Shown here: one piece after another, positions 25,201 through 34,007 of the stretch
How the letters are laid out: each line of letters begins with the position of its first letter
Position numbering within the stretch: position 1 is the stretch's first letter
Origin: a virus
Lineage: Duplodnaviria; Caudoviricetes
DNA length: 38,724 nt
Virus record (IMG/VR): IMGVR_UViG_3300037478_000090
Location: 1 to 38,724 of that record
Direction: 5' to 3' (one strand)
Notes under the pieces: generated by a model
The model's input: the letters and a program-made list of their open reading frames with translations, nothing else
Told to the model about the DNA's origin: nothing
Databases searched by the model: none
Made by a program: the position numbers and the translations under genes

Positions 25201-26159
25201 GGCACCTCGCCGACGAGGCGGCTCAGGGATGAGGAAACCTCCGCATCCCCGTTAAGCGACCACGAGCGGCCCACCGAGTCGGTCCACGCGGTCGTGCCGG
25301 CTGCAAGGCTCGTGAAGTCGGCGTCTGCAACCAGCGTGCCGTCGATCCCGTCGTAGACCTGCGCTGCGTAGTACGAACCCGACGGACCGTTCTGCCCCTG
25401 ACTCAGGACGTTGCCGATGTTCAGGTTGGACGCGCTGGAGAAGATCGAAGTGACGCCCGTGTCGGTGACGTCCTCACCGAGCTGCTGCCACGGACCGGCG
25501 ATCGTCGGCGCGGTGTAGAACTTGGCGGTCCAACCACCGGCCCCGTTGTCGACATCGAGCGTCACGCGGACGGCGAGACGGCGACGGGGAGCCACGGGCA
25601 GCTTCTCGGTCGAGATCGCCTGCCCCGCTCCGGTGTCGGTTCCGTCCAGAGACCAGAGGAATCCGACCTTGCCGCCGAACCCGGCGAACGACTCTCCATA
25701 GTTGAAGAATCGCCAGGACCTCTGGTCGCCGACTGTCTCCTGCTTGCCGGCAAGCTCCAGGACGTTGGCAGCTCCTCGGTCACCCCAGTTGAGCCGGGCA
25801 TCGATGCGGATGTCGATATCGCCCGTGATGTCCAGCGCGGCGTTGTCGGCAGCGATCGCAACGGAGTCGGTGTTGGGCCTCGGAAGGTTGAGGCGCACAA
25901 CACCGGCGTCCACATTGAAGCGGATCGGCGTGTTCCGGCCGATCTTGCCGTACAGCGGGCTGTTGGGGTTCTTCGGACTGAAGTTCCCCGTTGCGTTCTG
26001 GAGGAGAGCCGAGCCCTCGTTGGGGTCCGGCTGGTTCCCCTCGGATGTTGCTCCCCGCGTGATCTCGACCGAATCCGTCTGGCTCAGACCGGACGTGATG
26101 TCGTTCCACACGCCGTCATAGAACAGATCAGACGTGATGCGGGGCGGCAGGCTCGGCAT
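22227..26159 (-). CDS. Large minor tail / baseplate hub protein (1310 aa) with probable lectin or carbohydrate-binding-like inserts
   Basis: Directly follows the tape measure gene; the N-terminus WNDIT...ITRG...L.N..GNFSP.NP.SPLYG.IGRNTPIR is typical of actinophage tail-tip proteins; beta-rich. Confidence 0.75.
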   Translation of the reverse strand: MPSLPPRITSDLFYDGVWNDITSGLSQTDSVEITRGATSEGNQPDPNEGSALLQNATGNFSPKNPNSPLYGKIGRNTPIRFNVDAGVVRLNLPRPNTDSVAIAADNAALDITGDIDIRIDARLNWGDRGAANVLELAGKQETVGDQRSWRFFNYGESFAGFGGKVGFLWSLDGTDTGAGQAISTEKLPVAPRRRLAVRVTLDVDNGAGGWTAKFYTAPTIAGPWQQLGEDVTDTGVTSIFSSASNLNIGNVLSQGQNGPSGSYYAAQVYDGIDGTLVADADFTSLAAGTTAWTDSVGRSWSLNGDAEVSSSLSRLVGEVPAWPPRRTTSGHVTVPIAPAGILRRLGSGSKPLQSAAFRSTQFNDPDAPILEYWPFEDGEEAGTITSGLDGGKSAILSGNISLAASNDFISSAPLPEMNASSVTMTIRPYTTTGESQMRFFMSIPSGGLTDGTLLARMNCTGTAKSLDMTYTTGGGLQFSAYDADRTLIDQTGAISFNVNGRPMRFSIGLTQVGADIQITIGSLVPNASFANVLVDTLSAATVGRVTSMSIGSTVDIGASTFGHVTFQSAETNLFDVVEQLDAYDGEAAGTRIVRLCTEQGVTASFPASALADQITMGPQRIKKFTDLLEEAATSDQGFLLESRDAIEINYRSLTTMYNQIPGVILDYSAGLISPPFQPIDDDKLTKNSVVVKVDGGSSSSPQILTSGPMSIQDPPDGVGLYDVEYTYSLENLGLAESLASWLLRTGTFDGLRYTRITLDLANDRVYQYAEDILSLDVGDMMRLRNLPDDLPPDDVDLIIIGYSENMGPEEWKITFVCIPGEPYNIGSLPGTGTSDDFATNSDNRADLTSSTVLTAADSDDTSIEVVLADDSGVPWASAYAVISTNAAMRAGITGWSAQGGSLAWADAPGEVPFDTVKAAQFTSDGVSTIQSILNSSSAAGTVTPSLAYYANGWIYSSVEIRARIAINWADAANVYLSTSSGSTIVIQPGVWTYLSSSMVAPASASRGAVHFSLDDSTGAATVPVDAEVFGTEARLRRDGSSVFQQFSEDDFPLALRIDGEVVRADSCVPKFHDSFFRTVASGWGTSDSGHVYGTGGGTAADYSVDATSLEGRHTLATVNASRRTFFTSFSDEMDTTCFIGTDQLATGGSLTGGITGRYTDADNLYTARIEFTTDAMLNLSIRKRVAGVESQLGFVDTQIIHVVGRGYGLRFYIRGSSLKAQLWDGTNGQALQRPWDLEVTDTDLTTGTLQGFRSISFSANTNVNPIVAYGFGKNNYPQVFNVERSRNGAVKSIPVGASVNVNEPLTTIVR

Positions 26160-26162
26160 CTC

Positions 26163-27818
26163 TTATCCCTCCGCGAACTTGACTACACTTCCACCGGCCT
26201 GGGTGCGAACCGACTCCTGGAAGAACTCCCTGAATGCCCTGGAGCCTCCTCGGAATTCGATAACCGTGGCAGATACACCGCCACCCCCGGCCATGTTAAG
26301 CATACCCTGAAGCTTGCTCAACGGAAGGACGGCTTCCTGCTCCTGGCCTTCACCGATCATGGCCAGGGTCGGACCGGTTGTCACACCACCGCTCGCGAGG
26401 AACGGGATGAACGGGATCTGCGGAATGTTGACGCCCGGAACTCGGTTGGCTCCGCGAATCAGGCTGTTGATTCCGCCGATGGCGTTGTTGATAAGGCCGA
26501 TGGCCCCGTTCAGCGCGGACCGGAGACCATTGCTGATTCCGCCCCACATGCCGCTGAAGAAGCCCTTGATGCGCTTGATGGCTCCGTTGACGAATCCAGC
26601 AGCCTTGTCCCAGACCCCCTTGATGTAGCTGGTGATGTTCCCCCAGTTCTTGATGATGATGCCGAGCGGGGTGAAGTTGAAGAAGATGTACTTGATGACG
26701 TCGATCGCGCTGCGAACAACCGACTTGATCCTCTCCCACAGATTGACGATGAAGCTCCAGACTGCATTCCACACGGAGATCGCGGTCGACTTGATCGCCT
26801 CCCATGCAGAAGACAGCCATCCCTTGATCGCGTTCCAGGCGGCGATGGTCGCGGCCTTGATCTCGTCCCAGTAGATGATGATGAGCGCGACGAGCGCGAT
26901 CACGGCTGCGACGATCAGGATGATGCCGCCGGATGCGATGATCCAAGCCAATGCCATCTGGGCCGCTCCAGCCAGAGCAGCGATGCCCATCGTCACCCAG
27001 GATGCGACCCATGCGAATGCAGTCGTGGCCGCAGTGGCAACGGCCGTGGCGGCAGTGCCGATCCAAGCCGTGCCCAGCAGCGCGAATGTGCCGATGAGAC
27101 CGAACACTGCCGTGCCGATCTGCGAGATGACGCCGAACCATCCCGACATGATGTCCGAACTCTGCACGTTGCGCTGAGCCTCGTTGAGATCCAGCTGTGC
27201 ATTCTTGGCGTCGATCGTGGACTGCTTGCCGTCGAGCTGTGCCTGGTTGAAGTCCTCGGTCGCCTGTGTTCCGTCAAGCTTGGCCTGCTTGGCGTCGGCG
27301 TCCGCCTGCTTCATATCGATGGCCGCCTGCTGGGCTTCCAGCGAGTTGGCTCCGAACTCCTTGACCGCGTCGTTGTAGTCCTTCTGTGCGGTCTTCTGGT
27401 CGAGCAGAGCCTGCTCCAGGTCGATGCCGGACTGCGTGCCGTCGACCTGCGCCTGGTTGGCGTCGATCTGCGACTGCTTCATGTCCTGATTTGCCTGCTC
27501 GACGTCGAGCGCGGCCTGAGCCACGTCGTTCTGTGCACGAGCCAGGTCGTCGGCTGCCCGGTCGCCGAGGTTCCAGACGTCGACGGCCTGGCCGACGATG
27601 TCCGTCATCTGGCTCATGCCACCGGCTGCAGCAAGAGCTCCGACCCCGAGCTTGTTGACTCCGCTCTCGGCCTGTGTTGCAGAGTTGCCTACTCCGTCAA
27701 GATCGCTGCCAGCCGTGTTGGCTGCGTTGCCGAGGGTGTCCAGGCTGTTGGCTGCACCGTCAATCGTCGCGGACGTGTTGCCCATGTTCGCGTCGATATC
27801 AATCGTCACGTCGGCCAC
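26163..27818 (-). CDS. Tape measure protein (about 551 aa)
   Basis: Follows the chaperones; Ala/Gln coiled-coil region, hydrophobic segment, Trp-spaced repeats, C-terminal LASGG..TGPTLAMIGE...EAVLPL; GAGGTG RBS before GTG 27818. Confidence 0.88.
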   Translation of the reverse strand: MADVTIDIDANMGNTSATIDGAANSLDTLGNAANTAGSDLDGVGNSATQAESGVNKLGVGALAAAGGMSQMTDIVGQAVDVWNLGDRAADDLARAQNDVAQAALDVEQANQDMKQSQIDANQAQVDGTQSGIDLEQALLDQKTAQKDYNDAVKEFGANSLEAQQAAIDMKQADADAKQAKLDGTQATEDFNQAQLDGKQSTIDAKNAQLDLNEAQRNVQSSDIMSGWFGVISQIGTAVFGLIGTFALLGTAWIGTAATAVATAATTAFAWVASWVTMGIAALAGAAQMALAWIIASGGIILIVAAVIALVALIIIYWDEIKAATIAAWNAIKGWLSSAWEAIKSTAISVWNAVWSFIVNLWERIKSVVRSAIDVIKYIFFNFTPLGIIIKNWGNITSYIKGVWDKAAGFVNGAIKRIKGFFSGMWGGISNGLRSALNGAIGLINNAIGGINSLIRGANRVPGVNIPQIPFIPFLASGGVTTGPTLAMIGEGQEQEAVLPLSKLQGMLNMAGGGGVSATVIEFRGGSRAFREFFQESVRTQAGGSVVKFAEG

Positions 27819-28092
27819 GCTCTTCACCTCCCATCGACTTGTTCAGGCTCTTGATCGCCGCAAGCATCTGCTCAGGCGACTTCTTGTCCGATCTGCCGTA
27901 CGGAATCAGGAAGTCCGACAGCTTGAACTTCCGGCCGCCCTTGCCCCGGTTGGCGTTCGCGATTGTCGCCGCAATTGTGGCCGACTGGATATCCTGCCGA
28001 CGCCGACCGAGCGGACCCGTTATGTTCTCAAACGCGATCCACTCGGTCAGCTCGGCCGAACTCAACCGAGAGTCCAGGTCGGCCACGGTCAT
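27799..28092 (-). CDS. Tail assembly chaperone, C-terminal part (gpT-like; made by -1 frameshift)
   Basis: The -1 frame is open from the slip site: KLRRRPERLFRFRLAEHLGMTVADL...SSAELTEW. Confidence 0.8.
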   Translation of the reverse strand: MTVADLDSRLSSAELTEWIAFENITGPLGRRRQDIQSATIAATIANANRGKGGRKFKLSDFLIPYGRSDKKSPEQMLAAIKSLNKSMGGEERGRRDD

Positions 28093-28106
28093 CCCGAGAT
28101 GTTCCG

Positions 28107-28511
28107 CTAGTCGGAAGCGGAAGAGTCGCTCGGGGCGGCGTCGGAGTTTCCCTCGGCTTCCTTCACGGCGAAGCGGCCCATGCCGGACATCTCCTGCACC
28201 TTGGCCGCCAACCGCTCGATCACCTGCCCGGACTTCTTGCCCAGGTCGGCGATCTCCTTGTTGGTGTACAGCCGCTCGAAGTTCTCGTCGACCATGCCGA
28301 ACGCGACCAGCTTCTCGCGATACACCTTGAGCGATTCGATCTTCAGCTGCGGGGTCTGGCCGTTGGCGACGACCGAACCGGCCTCGATGTAGCCCCGGTC
28401 AGCGGCCGACAACTCCATGAGTCGGACTTCGCCGTTCCACTCGGGAACGGGCACGTCCTCCCACTTGCGGTCGACCGCCGCGTTGATCTGCTGCTTACCC
28501 AGAAGTGCCAT
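28107..28511 (-). CDS. Tail assembly chaperone (gpG-like)
   Basis: Lies between the major tail and tape measure genes; EDVPVPEWNGEVRLMELS; ends EAEGN. Confidence 0.85.
   Translation of the reverse strand: MALLGKQQINAAVDRKWEDVPVPEWNGEVRLMELSAADRGYIEAGSVVANGQTPQLKIESLKVYREKLVAFGMVDENFERLYTNKEIADLGKKSGQVIERLAAKVQEMSGMGRFAVKEAEGNSDAAPSDSSASD
28146..28152 (-). promoter_or_regulatory. Programmed -1 ribosomal frameshift slippery site G-GGA-AAC
   Basis: X XXY YYZ heptamer in the correct phase near the end of the chaperone ORF; a -1 shift fuses it to ORF 27799-28092. Confidence 0.88.
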
Positions 28512-28524
28512 GTCGCTCTATTCC

Positions 28525-28962
28525 TCAGCTGCCAGCGGTGTGGGTGAGGACCGGCTTGCCGCTGATCTTCACGGTCACCGTCCTCTCCATCTTGTCGTCG
28601 TGCGGGAACTCGTCGCCGTTCGCGGTGATGAGGCCGTCGAAGTCCCAGGTGTACTCGTCCGCCGTGCCGGGGAAGATCACGACCTGGTACGCGCGGAGGT
28701 CGTCCTCCTCGAAGTCGTCGTCCAGACGCTCGATGACGGCCACGCCGGGGTCGTAGTTGAGCGTGATCTCGACTTCGCCGCCGTCCTTCAGGCCCTTGAC
28801 GAACTCCCGGTACTGGTCCGGCGAGTCGTGCGCGGTGACCTCGATGGCCTCCCGCTCCCGGCTCGGACCCGAGATGTCCGTGACGTTGGCCACGGTCTCG
28901 TACGTGCCAGGCGTGTCGGTCTCACGCCGGAACGCGGTACCCCATGCATCCTGTCCTGCCAT
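28525..28962 (-). CDS. Major tail (tube) protein
   Basis: ISGPSREREAIEVTAHDS...EFVKGLKDGGEV...VKISGKP is a lambda gpV/TP901-like tube protein pattern; expected position. Confidence 0.9.
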   Translation of the reverse strand: MAGQDAWGTAFRRETDTPGTYETVANVTDISGPSREREAIEVTAHDSPDQYREFVKGLKDGGEVEITLNYDPGVAVIERLDDDFEEDDLRAYQVVIFPGTADEYTWDFDGLITANGDEFPHDDKMERTVTVKISGKPVLTHTAGS

Positions 28963-28965
28963 TGG

Positions 28966-29382
28966 TCACACCTCCTGCTGGTGAATCACTATCCGGAATT
29001 GTACCGGTACGTGGCGGATCTCGGGATCCGGGTCGCGCATCGTGCTGAGCTGCACGAATCGAATCGAGACCACGTACCAGGAATCAGGCAGGACAAGGGA
29101 TGCCCGCTTGTGATCGAGGATCGGAATGATCTCGTTGACGATATCCAGAGCTGGCTTGAATCCGAGGGATTGGGTCCACACGTGAATCGTGGTGAGGATG
29201 TCCCAGCCGAATCCACCATGCCAGTTGTCCGGAACGCCGAACACCTCGCCGATGGTCACCCAGGGCCTGCTCGCGTCCTCGGGGACGTTGTCGTATACAG
29301 AAGCCGAGATGTCCCCGTCAAGAGCGAGGAACAGCTGCTTCTGAAGATCGCTGAAGGGCGGTGCCGCCGTGGGAGTGCTCAT
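28966..29382 (-). CDS. Tail terminator (DUF3168-like)
   Basis: LQKQLFLAL...VYDNVPE...PWVTIGE...TIHVW...RH; position before the major tail gene. Confidence 0.8.
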   Translation of the reverse strand: MSTPTAAPPFSDLQKQLFLALDGDISASVYDNVPEDASRPWVTIGEVFGVPDNWHGGFGWDILTTIHVWTQSLGFKPALDIVNEIIPILDHKRASLVLPDSWYVVSIRFVQLSTMRDPDPEIRHVPVQFRIVIHQQEV

Positions 29383-29732
29383 GAGTCGCTGATCTCTCCC
29401 TCGATGCGGCGTGCGATGCGCTTCGGTCCGTTGGCTCGCGCCCACTGGATCGTCGGCGCTACGTACGGTTGCGCGGGCGTCCTGCTGGTTCCGTTCTCGA
29501 CGAACTCGGCATAATCGACTCCGCGTGGCCCGACGGTGTAGCCGGTCCCTTCCTTGCGAGCCTCGATGGAGTCTCGGAGCACTCCCGTGTCGACCGGAAC
29601 GACGCCCTTCATGTGCGTCTCAACGTCCGACGCGAACTCCGCGATGGCCTCCTCAGTCACCCCGGCCAACCGGTCGGACAGACGACGGAGACGATCCTGT
29701 GCACCCCGGATGCCTCGTGCGTTAATTCCCAC
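29379..29732 (-). CDS. HK97 gp10-like tail-completion protein
   Basis: PVDTGVLRDSI, YAEFVENGT and PAQPY motifs; CAGGAGG RBS before GTG 29732. Confidence 0.85.
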   Translation of the reverse strand: MGINARGIRGAQDRLRRLSDRLAGVTEEAIAEFASDVETHMKGVVPVDTGVLRDSIEARKEGTGYTVGPRGVDYAEFVENGTSRTPAQPYVAPTIQWARANGPKRIARRIEGEISDS

Positions 29733-29895
29733 GACGACCTCCTGAGTTGCGCCTTTCCAGAGCGAGCAGGCCGAGCAGCGACCACGCCTGCGACTCATCC
29801 CACTTCCCGGCACGGGCTGCAGCTTCCGCCCGCTCACGCGCCTCGGTGGGGCCGATCGGCTTCGCCTCCTGAGAGGGCCTCTCGATGTCCGCCAT
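29722..29895 (-). CDS. Small hypothetical protein (57 aa, not in ORF track)
   Basis: MADIERPSQEAKPIGPTEARERAEAAARAGKWDESQAWSLLGLLALERRNSGGRRGN*; GGGGAG RBS; fills the gap between head-closure and gp10-like genes. Confidence 0.55.
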   Translation of the reverse strand: MADIERPSQEAKPIGPTEARERAEAAARAGKWDESQAWSLLGLLALERRNSGGRRGN

Positions 29896-29897
29896 GA

Positions 29898-30239
29898 TCA
29901 ACTCCCCTGCTCGCTCTGGATGAGCTCCACGTCTGCCCGAAGATAGACCCCGGACGTGGAGGGCTTGACGACGTTCATCACACGGAAACGATCCGAGCTC
30001 TGGCGAAACTCATCGCCGCGCTGGATGTCGTCGTCATGGTTCTGGTACACCTTGTGAGTGAGAGATGCACCGGCCTGCTCTGCCTCGAACTGCTCCCTGG
30101 CGGACGCTTGGTCAATCTTGACTCTGCGTGCGCTCTCGAGCAGGGCATAGGAGTAAGTCACTCCGCCTTGCCCGTCCGACACTTCAGTCCGTCGATAGAC
30201 ATCGGCGGTCTGCTTGAGCAGGTGTGACACCAAGCTCAT
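29898..30239 (-). CDS. Head-to-tail stopper / head closure protein (SPP1 gp16-like)
   Basis: R...SDGQGG, THKVY and DIQRGD motifs; expected position. Confidence 0.8.
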   Translation of the reverse strand: MSLVSHLLKQTADVYRRTEVSDGQGGVTYSYALLESARRVKIDQASAREQFEAEQAGASLTHKVYQNHDDDIQRGDEFRQSSDRFRVMNVVKPSTSGVYLRADVELIQSEQGS

Positions 30240-30721
30240 CCGAGATCACCCCTCGGAATCCACGGGAAGATCCCGTCGATATCGCCATTCTCCACGAGGA
30301 TCTTTTCACTCGGGGTGAGCGGGTCGATCGTGCGGGTTCGCTTCCAGCCGAGCTTGGTTATCCAGCGCTGCGCGATCGGAGCGAGCATCGCGGAATCCTC
30401 CGAGCTGCCGCCCGACCCCGAACCGCCGGAGCCATTGGTGTAACTGTAGTCGCCGAGCGTCTCGCTCTGCTTCTCGAGCCCGGTACCGAAGTCGTCGGTG
30501 CCCTGCTCCTTCTGCCACTTGGCCTGCCAGCTGACGGCCTGCTTCAGGATCCGCAACGTGCGGGGCTGAAGGTCGTCAACGAGTCCGTAGTGGAGGTCTG
30601 TGAACAAGTCGATGATGCTCTGGGCCGTGTTCAGATCACTCTGGAACAGCGTGACCCCGGTGATGGTGGACGCCTCAGCCGGGGTGGCCCAGGTGTCCGT
30701 GCACTCCTCCGGCGTTGACAC
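30236..30721 (-). CDS. Head-to-tail adaptor
   Basis: Follows the capsid gene; SETLGDYSYT motif; LKQAVSWQA. Confidence 0.75.
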   Translation of the reverse strand: MSTPEECTDTWATPAEASTITGVTLFQSDLNTAQSIIDLFTDLHYGLVDDLQPRTLRILKQAVSWQAKWQKEQGTDDFGTGLEKQSETLGDYSYTNGSGGSGSGGSSEDSAMLAPIAQRWITKLGWKRTRTIDPLTPSEKILVENGDIDGIFPWIPRGDLG

Positions 30722-30773
30722 GTCCGCCTCCCATGCGGTCGTAGTGATGGCTCGCTGGCCATGTAACGTGAGA

Positions 30774-30806
30774 ACGGCCCGATCCCCGGCGAGGGGACCG
30801 GGCCGT
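30774..30806 (-). terminator. Terminator hairpin after the major capsid gene
   Basis: Minus-strand ACGGCCCGGTCCCC-TCGCC-GGGGATCGGGCCGT, 14 bp with one G-U, followed by TCTC. Confidence 0.65.
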
Positions 30807-30848
30807 CGCTCGCAGGCCGCCTACGGGGCGTGTACGGCCTTACGGAGA

Positions 30849-31922
30849 TCAGCTCAGCGCGGAGCCGTCGTCGATCAGGACCGCGAACGCCTTCTCGTGG
30901 CCGATCGCGAAGCCCTTGCGGACGCGGATCTTGACGTTGGCCTCGTCGGTCGTGGAGATCGCGGCCGGGATCGGCTGGGTCTCGACGGTCGAGCGGTCGC
31001 CGACGATCAGGAAGTCCCGGTTGCAGAAGACCATGATCGGGGCACCGGCCGGAGTGGCGGAGGCCGTGGCGGACAGGCGGCAGCCGTTCGACCAGCGGAC
31101 GGGGATGTCGAAGACGGTGTCCGGCGTACCGGCGTCACCGCCCTGACCCCGCACGAAGATCGGCTGGCCCTGGTCGTCCTTGATCTGACGGAGCTGCTTG
31201 CGGAAGGTCGGGTGCGCGATGACGACCGACATCGACTCGTCGAAGTAGTCGCCGTCCTCGTACCGACCGAGCGCCTCGGACAGCTCGTCGTAGGTGACCT
31301 CGCCCGTGGTGACCGTGCCGACGATGTTGTCGTTGGCGGTGTAGCCGGTCGTCGCGTTGGTCTGCGTCAGCGCGTAGTACACCGACGTGTACGGGACGGT
31401 CGGCGCGTTCTCCGCAGCGGAGGTCGCGAGCGTCGCGTTGTCGAAGTACTTGGCGTAGGAGGTGGCCCAGTCGCGCTCCTTGGTGGCGATGATGTCCGCC
31501 GCAGAGTCGTTCAGGTCCTCTTCCGCCACGGTCAGGAGACCGGTGTGCTTCCGCGCGGTGAGCAGGACGTCGTCGTTCTCGTCGTTGCTGGAGGTGTACT
31601 GACCCGACTTGCCGAGGGTCTTGACCTCCATGCCCGAGGAGCGCGGCTCCTTCTTGGTCGCGGTCGCCATCGGGGTGTGACGCCCGAAGAACTCCACGGC
31701 CGAGACCTGCGCGACCCGCTGGATGACGGCGGAGTCGGTCTCCTCCGGGATCCAGTCGTCGAAGTTGTCCGCCGCACCACCGGCTGCGAACAGGATGGGC
31801 GCACCGCTCGCGCGGTAGCCGACGACGTCGCCGGGCTCGAACTCGGTCCACACATCGCGGGCTGCGAGCTCGGCCGCATACTTGGCCTTGCGCGCAGCCC
31901 ATGCGTCCATGGAGAATTCCAT
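30849..31922 (-). CDS. Major capsid protein (HK97 fold) with N-terminal leader
   Basis: GAAGGAG RBS before ATG 31922; WIPEE, EEDLNDS, IKDDQGQPIF, VFDIPV and RKGFAIGHEKAFAVL are typical HK97-type capsid motifs. Confidence 0.9.
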   Translation of the reverse strand: MEFSMDAWAARKAKYAAELAARDVWTEFEPGDVVGYRASGAPILFAAGGAADNFDDWIPEETDSAVIQRVAQVSAVEFFGRHTPMATATKKEPRSSGMEVKTLGKSGQYTSSNDENDDVLLTARKHTGLLTVAEEDLNDSAADIIATKERDWATSYAKYFDNATLATSAAENAPTVPYTSVYYALTQTNATTGYTANDNIVGTVTTGEVTYDELSEALGRYEDGDYFDESMSVVIAHPTFRKQLRQIKDDQGQPIFVRGQGGDAGTPDTVFDIPVRWSNGCRLSATASATPAGAPIMVFCNRDFLIVGDRSTVETQPIPAAISTTDEANVKIRVRKGFAIGHEKAFAVLIDDGSALS

Positions 31923-32058
31923 GAAGGGCTCCTTCCAGGAGATGAGATGATCAATGCAAACAGCCCCAGGTGGGGATCGTTGCCCCACCCAGGGCTGCTG
32001 CACTCGGCACAAGGCCGGTGTGCTCGGGGTAATGATACCCCATGCACCGTGTTCTGGC

Positions 32059-32940
32059 TTACAGGCCTCGCAGCCTGTTCGCCACCTTCTGCGCGGCCGT
32101 GAGCTTCTCCTCACCGGCACCCTCGTCGCCGCCACCGGATCCACCGGCCTTGCGAGCCGCTCCCTTGCCGGAGCCGCCGCCCTCTCCGCCGGTTCCACCG
32201 GACGCGACCTTGCGCTTGCGCGCGGTGGTGGCCCGCTTCGGCCCGAACATCTCGGGCATGTCCTTCTTGAGGGCGTCCACCTGGTCGGTGACGTCGATGG
32301 TGCCGTCCTCGTCGTCGATGTCGACCTCACCGACGTCGATCATCCGGACGAGACGGTCCACCAGAGCCGGACGCGCACCGGCCGCCATGAGCTCGGCACG
32401 AGCGGCCATGCGGATGACGGTCGGCTTGAACGCCTCGCGCCCCTCGTCCTTGGCCTTCTCGATGAGCTCGTTGATGCGGCGCGTCGCGGCCTCGGAGTCG
32501 ACCTCCTTGCCGGCAGTCTTCTTGAGCTCGTCGAACTGCTCCTGCAGCGTGGCGAAGTCCGAGGCCAGCTTGGTCTTCTCGGCCTCTGCAGCAGCGAGCC
32601 GGGTGCCCCGGTTCTTGGAGTTCTTCAGCTTCTTGAGGTAGGCGGCACGCAGACGCTTGACTTCGGCGGCGAGCTCCTCGGGCGACTTGCCCTTGTCCTC
32701 GTCGTCATCGTCCTCTTCGTCGTCGTCCTCCTCGCCCTTGTCCTTGTCGTCCTCCTCGTCCTCTTCACCCTCGTCGTCGTCCTCGTCGCCACCATCGGCG
32801 TAGAACACGGGCGAGAAGGGATCCGTGGCGTAGGGGTGAGCCCACCCAGGCTCGTATCCGTCCACACCGGCAGCGGTCAGGAGGTCCGTTCCCACGGACT
32901 TCGCGGCCTGCATGCCAGGACGGAGAAGGTGCTTCATCAT
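32059..32940 (-). CDS. Capsid scaffolding protein
   Basis: Acidic D/E tract, coiled coil, LKKDMPEMF and Gly-rich C-terminus; directly upstream of the capsid gene. The start could be 32940 or 32955. Confidence 0.8.
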   Translation of the reverse strand: MMKHLLRPGMQAAKSVGTDLLTAAGVDGYEPGWAHPYATDPFSPVFYADGGDEDDDEGEEDEEDDKDKGEEDDDEEDDDDEDKGKSPEELAAEVKRLRAAYLKKLKNSKNRGTRLAAAEAEKTKLASDFATLQEQFDELKKTAGKEVDSEAATRRINELIEKAKDEGREAFKPTVIRMAARAELMAAGARPALVDRLVRMIDVGEVDIDDEDGTIDVTDQVDALKKDMPEMFGPKRATTARKRKVASGGTGGEGGGSGKGAARKAGGSGGGDEGAGEEKLTAAQKVANRLRGL

Positions 32941-32951
32941 CTGTCGATACC

Positions 32952-33998
32952 TCACGGGTTGCTTGTCGGAACACTCCGGCCTCGACCGAACTCGCCATTC
33001 TTCAAATCGCGACGAGCACGTTCGAGCACGGTCTTGGGGAGCTTGGGATTGCCCGAGAGCAATTCCTTCAACGCTCGGATCCTCGCCGCGTTGGATTCGG
33101 ATGGTAGTGAGAATCCCCTTGCGATGGACCTTTGCGCCTCTCGGCTGACCGCTTCTGGCAAGCTTACCTCGCCTTCACGAGCCCACGCGGGATCCCACGG
33201 CACAGGGCGGCATCGGCAATGTGGATGGAGGGGCGGACGAACTCCAGGAGCCTTGGAGTCCTTTTGCTTGGGGTCCCAGGACAGCCCGCCCGGAAAGTCC
33301 TCGCCCACCTTCGTGACTCGGCCTGCATATGCGAGGCAATTCACGCAGGCATCGCGCTCGGACACCCACACCTCGAATTTAGCCTTGTTGGCAGTCGAGG
33401 TTGCCTGCATCGTCTTTGTGACGTTCTGGTTCACCGACGAGGTGATGGTGGACTTGACGCGCCCGAGTGCATTGCGAGCTCGCCTGAGCCCGCCCAACAG
33501 GCCACGCAGCCCGATCCTCTCGATGACCGGCTTGCGCAGGAGCGCCTTGGACTCCTTGAGCCCGTCAGCCACGGCTGCCTTCACCGCCGCACGCTCTTCG
33601 GACAGGGACACCCGAGGCGTCGCTACCTTGGCAGCTGCCGACTTCCCGGACGCACCCTCAACGAAGGCCGCTCCCTGTGCTTGCGCGGTCGTTACAGCGT
33701 CGCCTACGGCTTCTGAGAGGGCCTTGACGGTCGACGCTTCGAGTCCGCTGAGCGCCTTGTTCGAGGCACCCAGTGCATCTCGGATCATCTTGTCAAGGGC
33801 CGGTCCGGCTCCATCGGCCGACATGGAGCCGAACTCCTTGACCCAGTCGGTCGTGGCCGAGCGCACGGCACCGTCGATCTCGGCATACCGCTTCTCGGTC
33901 GCAGCCTTGATGGCCTTGTCCTCGATACTCGCGATCGCGTCGATCTGCTTCTGCTGCACGAGCTCCAGCAGCTTGTCTACATCAATGCGCTCGGCCAT
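32952..33998 (-). CDS. MuF / SPP1 gp7-like minor head protein
   Basis: WVSERDACVNC...PPLHPHCRC motifs. Confidence 0.85.
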   Translation of the reverse strand: MAERIDVDKLLELVQQKQIDAIASIEDKAIKAATEKRYAEIDGAVRSATTDWVKEFGSMSADGAGPALDKMIRDALGASNKALSGLEASTVKALSEAVGDAVTTAQAQGAAFVEGASGKSAAAKVATPRVSLSEERAAVKAAVADGLKESKALLRKPVIERIGLRGLLGGLRRARNALGRVKSTITSSVNQNVTKTMQATSTANKAKFEVWVSERDACVNCLAYAGRVTKVGEDFPGGLSWDPKQKDSKAPGVRPPLHPHCRCRPVPWDPAWAREGEVSLPEAVSREAQRSIARGFSLPSESNAARIRALKELLSGNPKLPKTVLERARRDLKNGEFGRGRSVPTSNP

Positions 33999-34007
33999 GT
34001 CGTCCTC

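Noticed and set aside
32690-32790. (TCG/TCC)n-like low-complexity repeat
   Set aside because: It simply encodes the Asp/Glu tract of the scaffolding protein.
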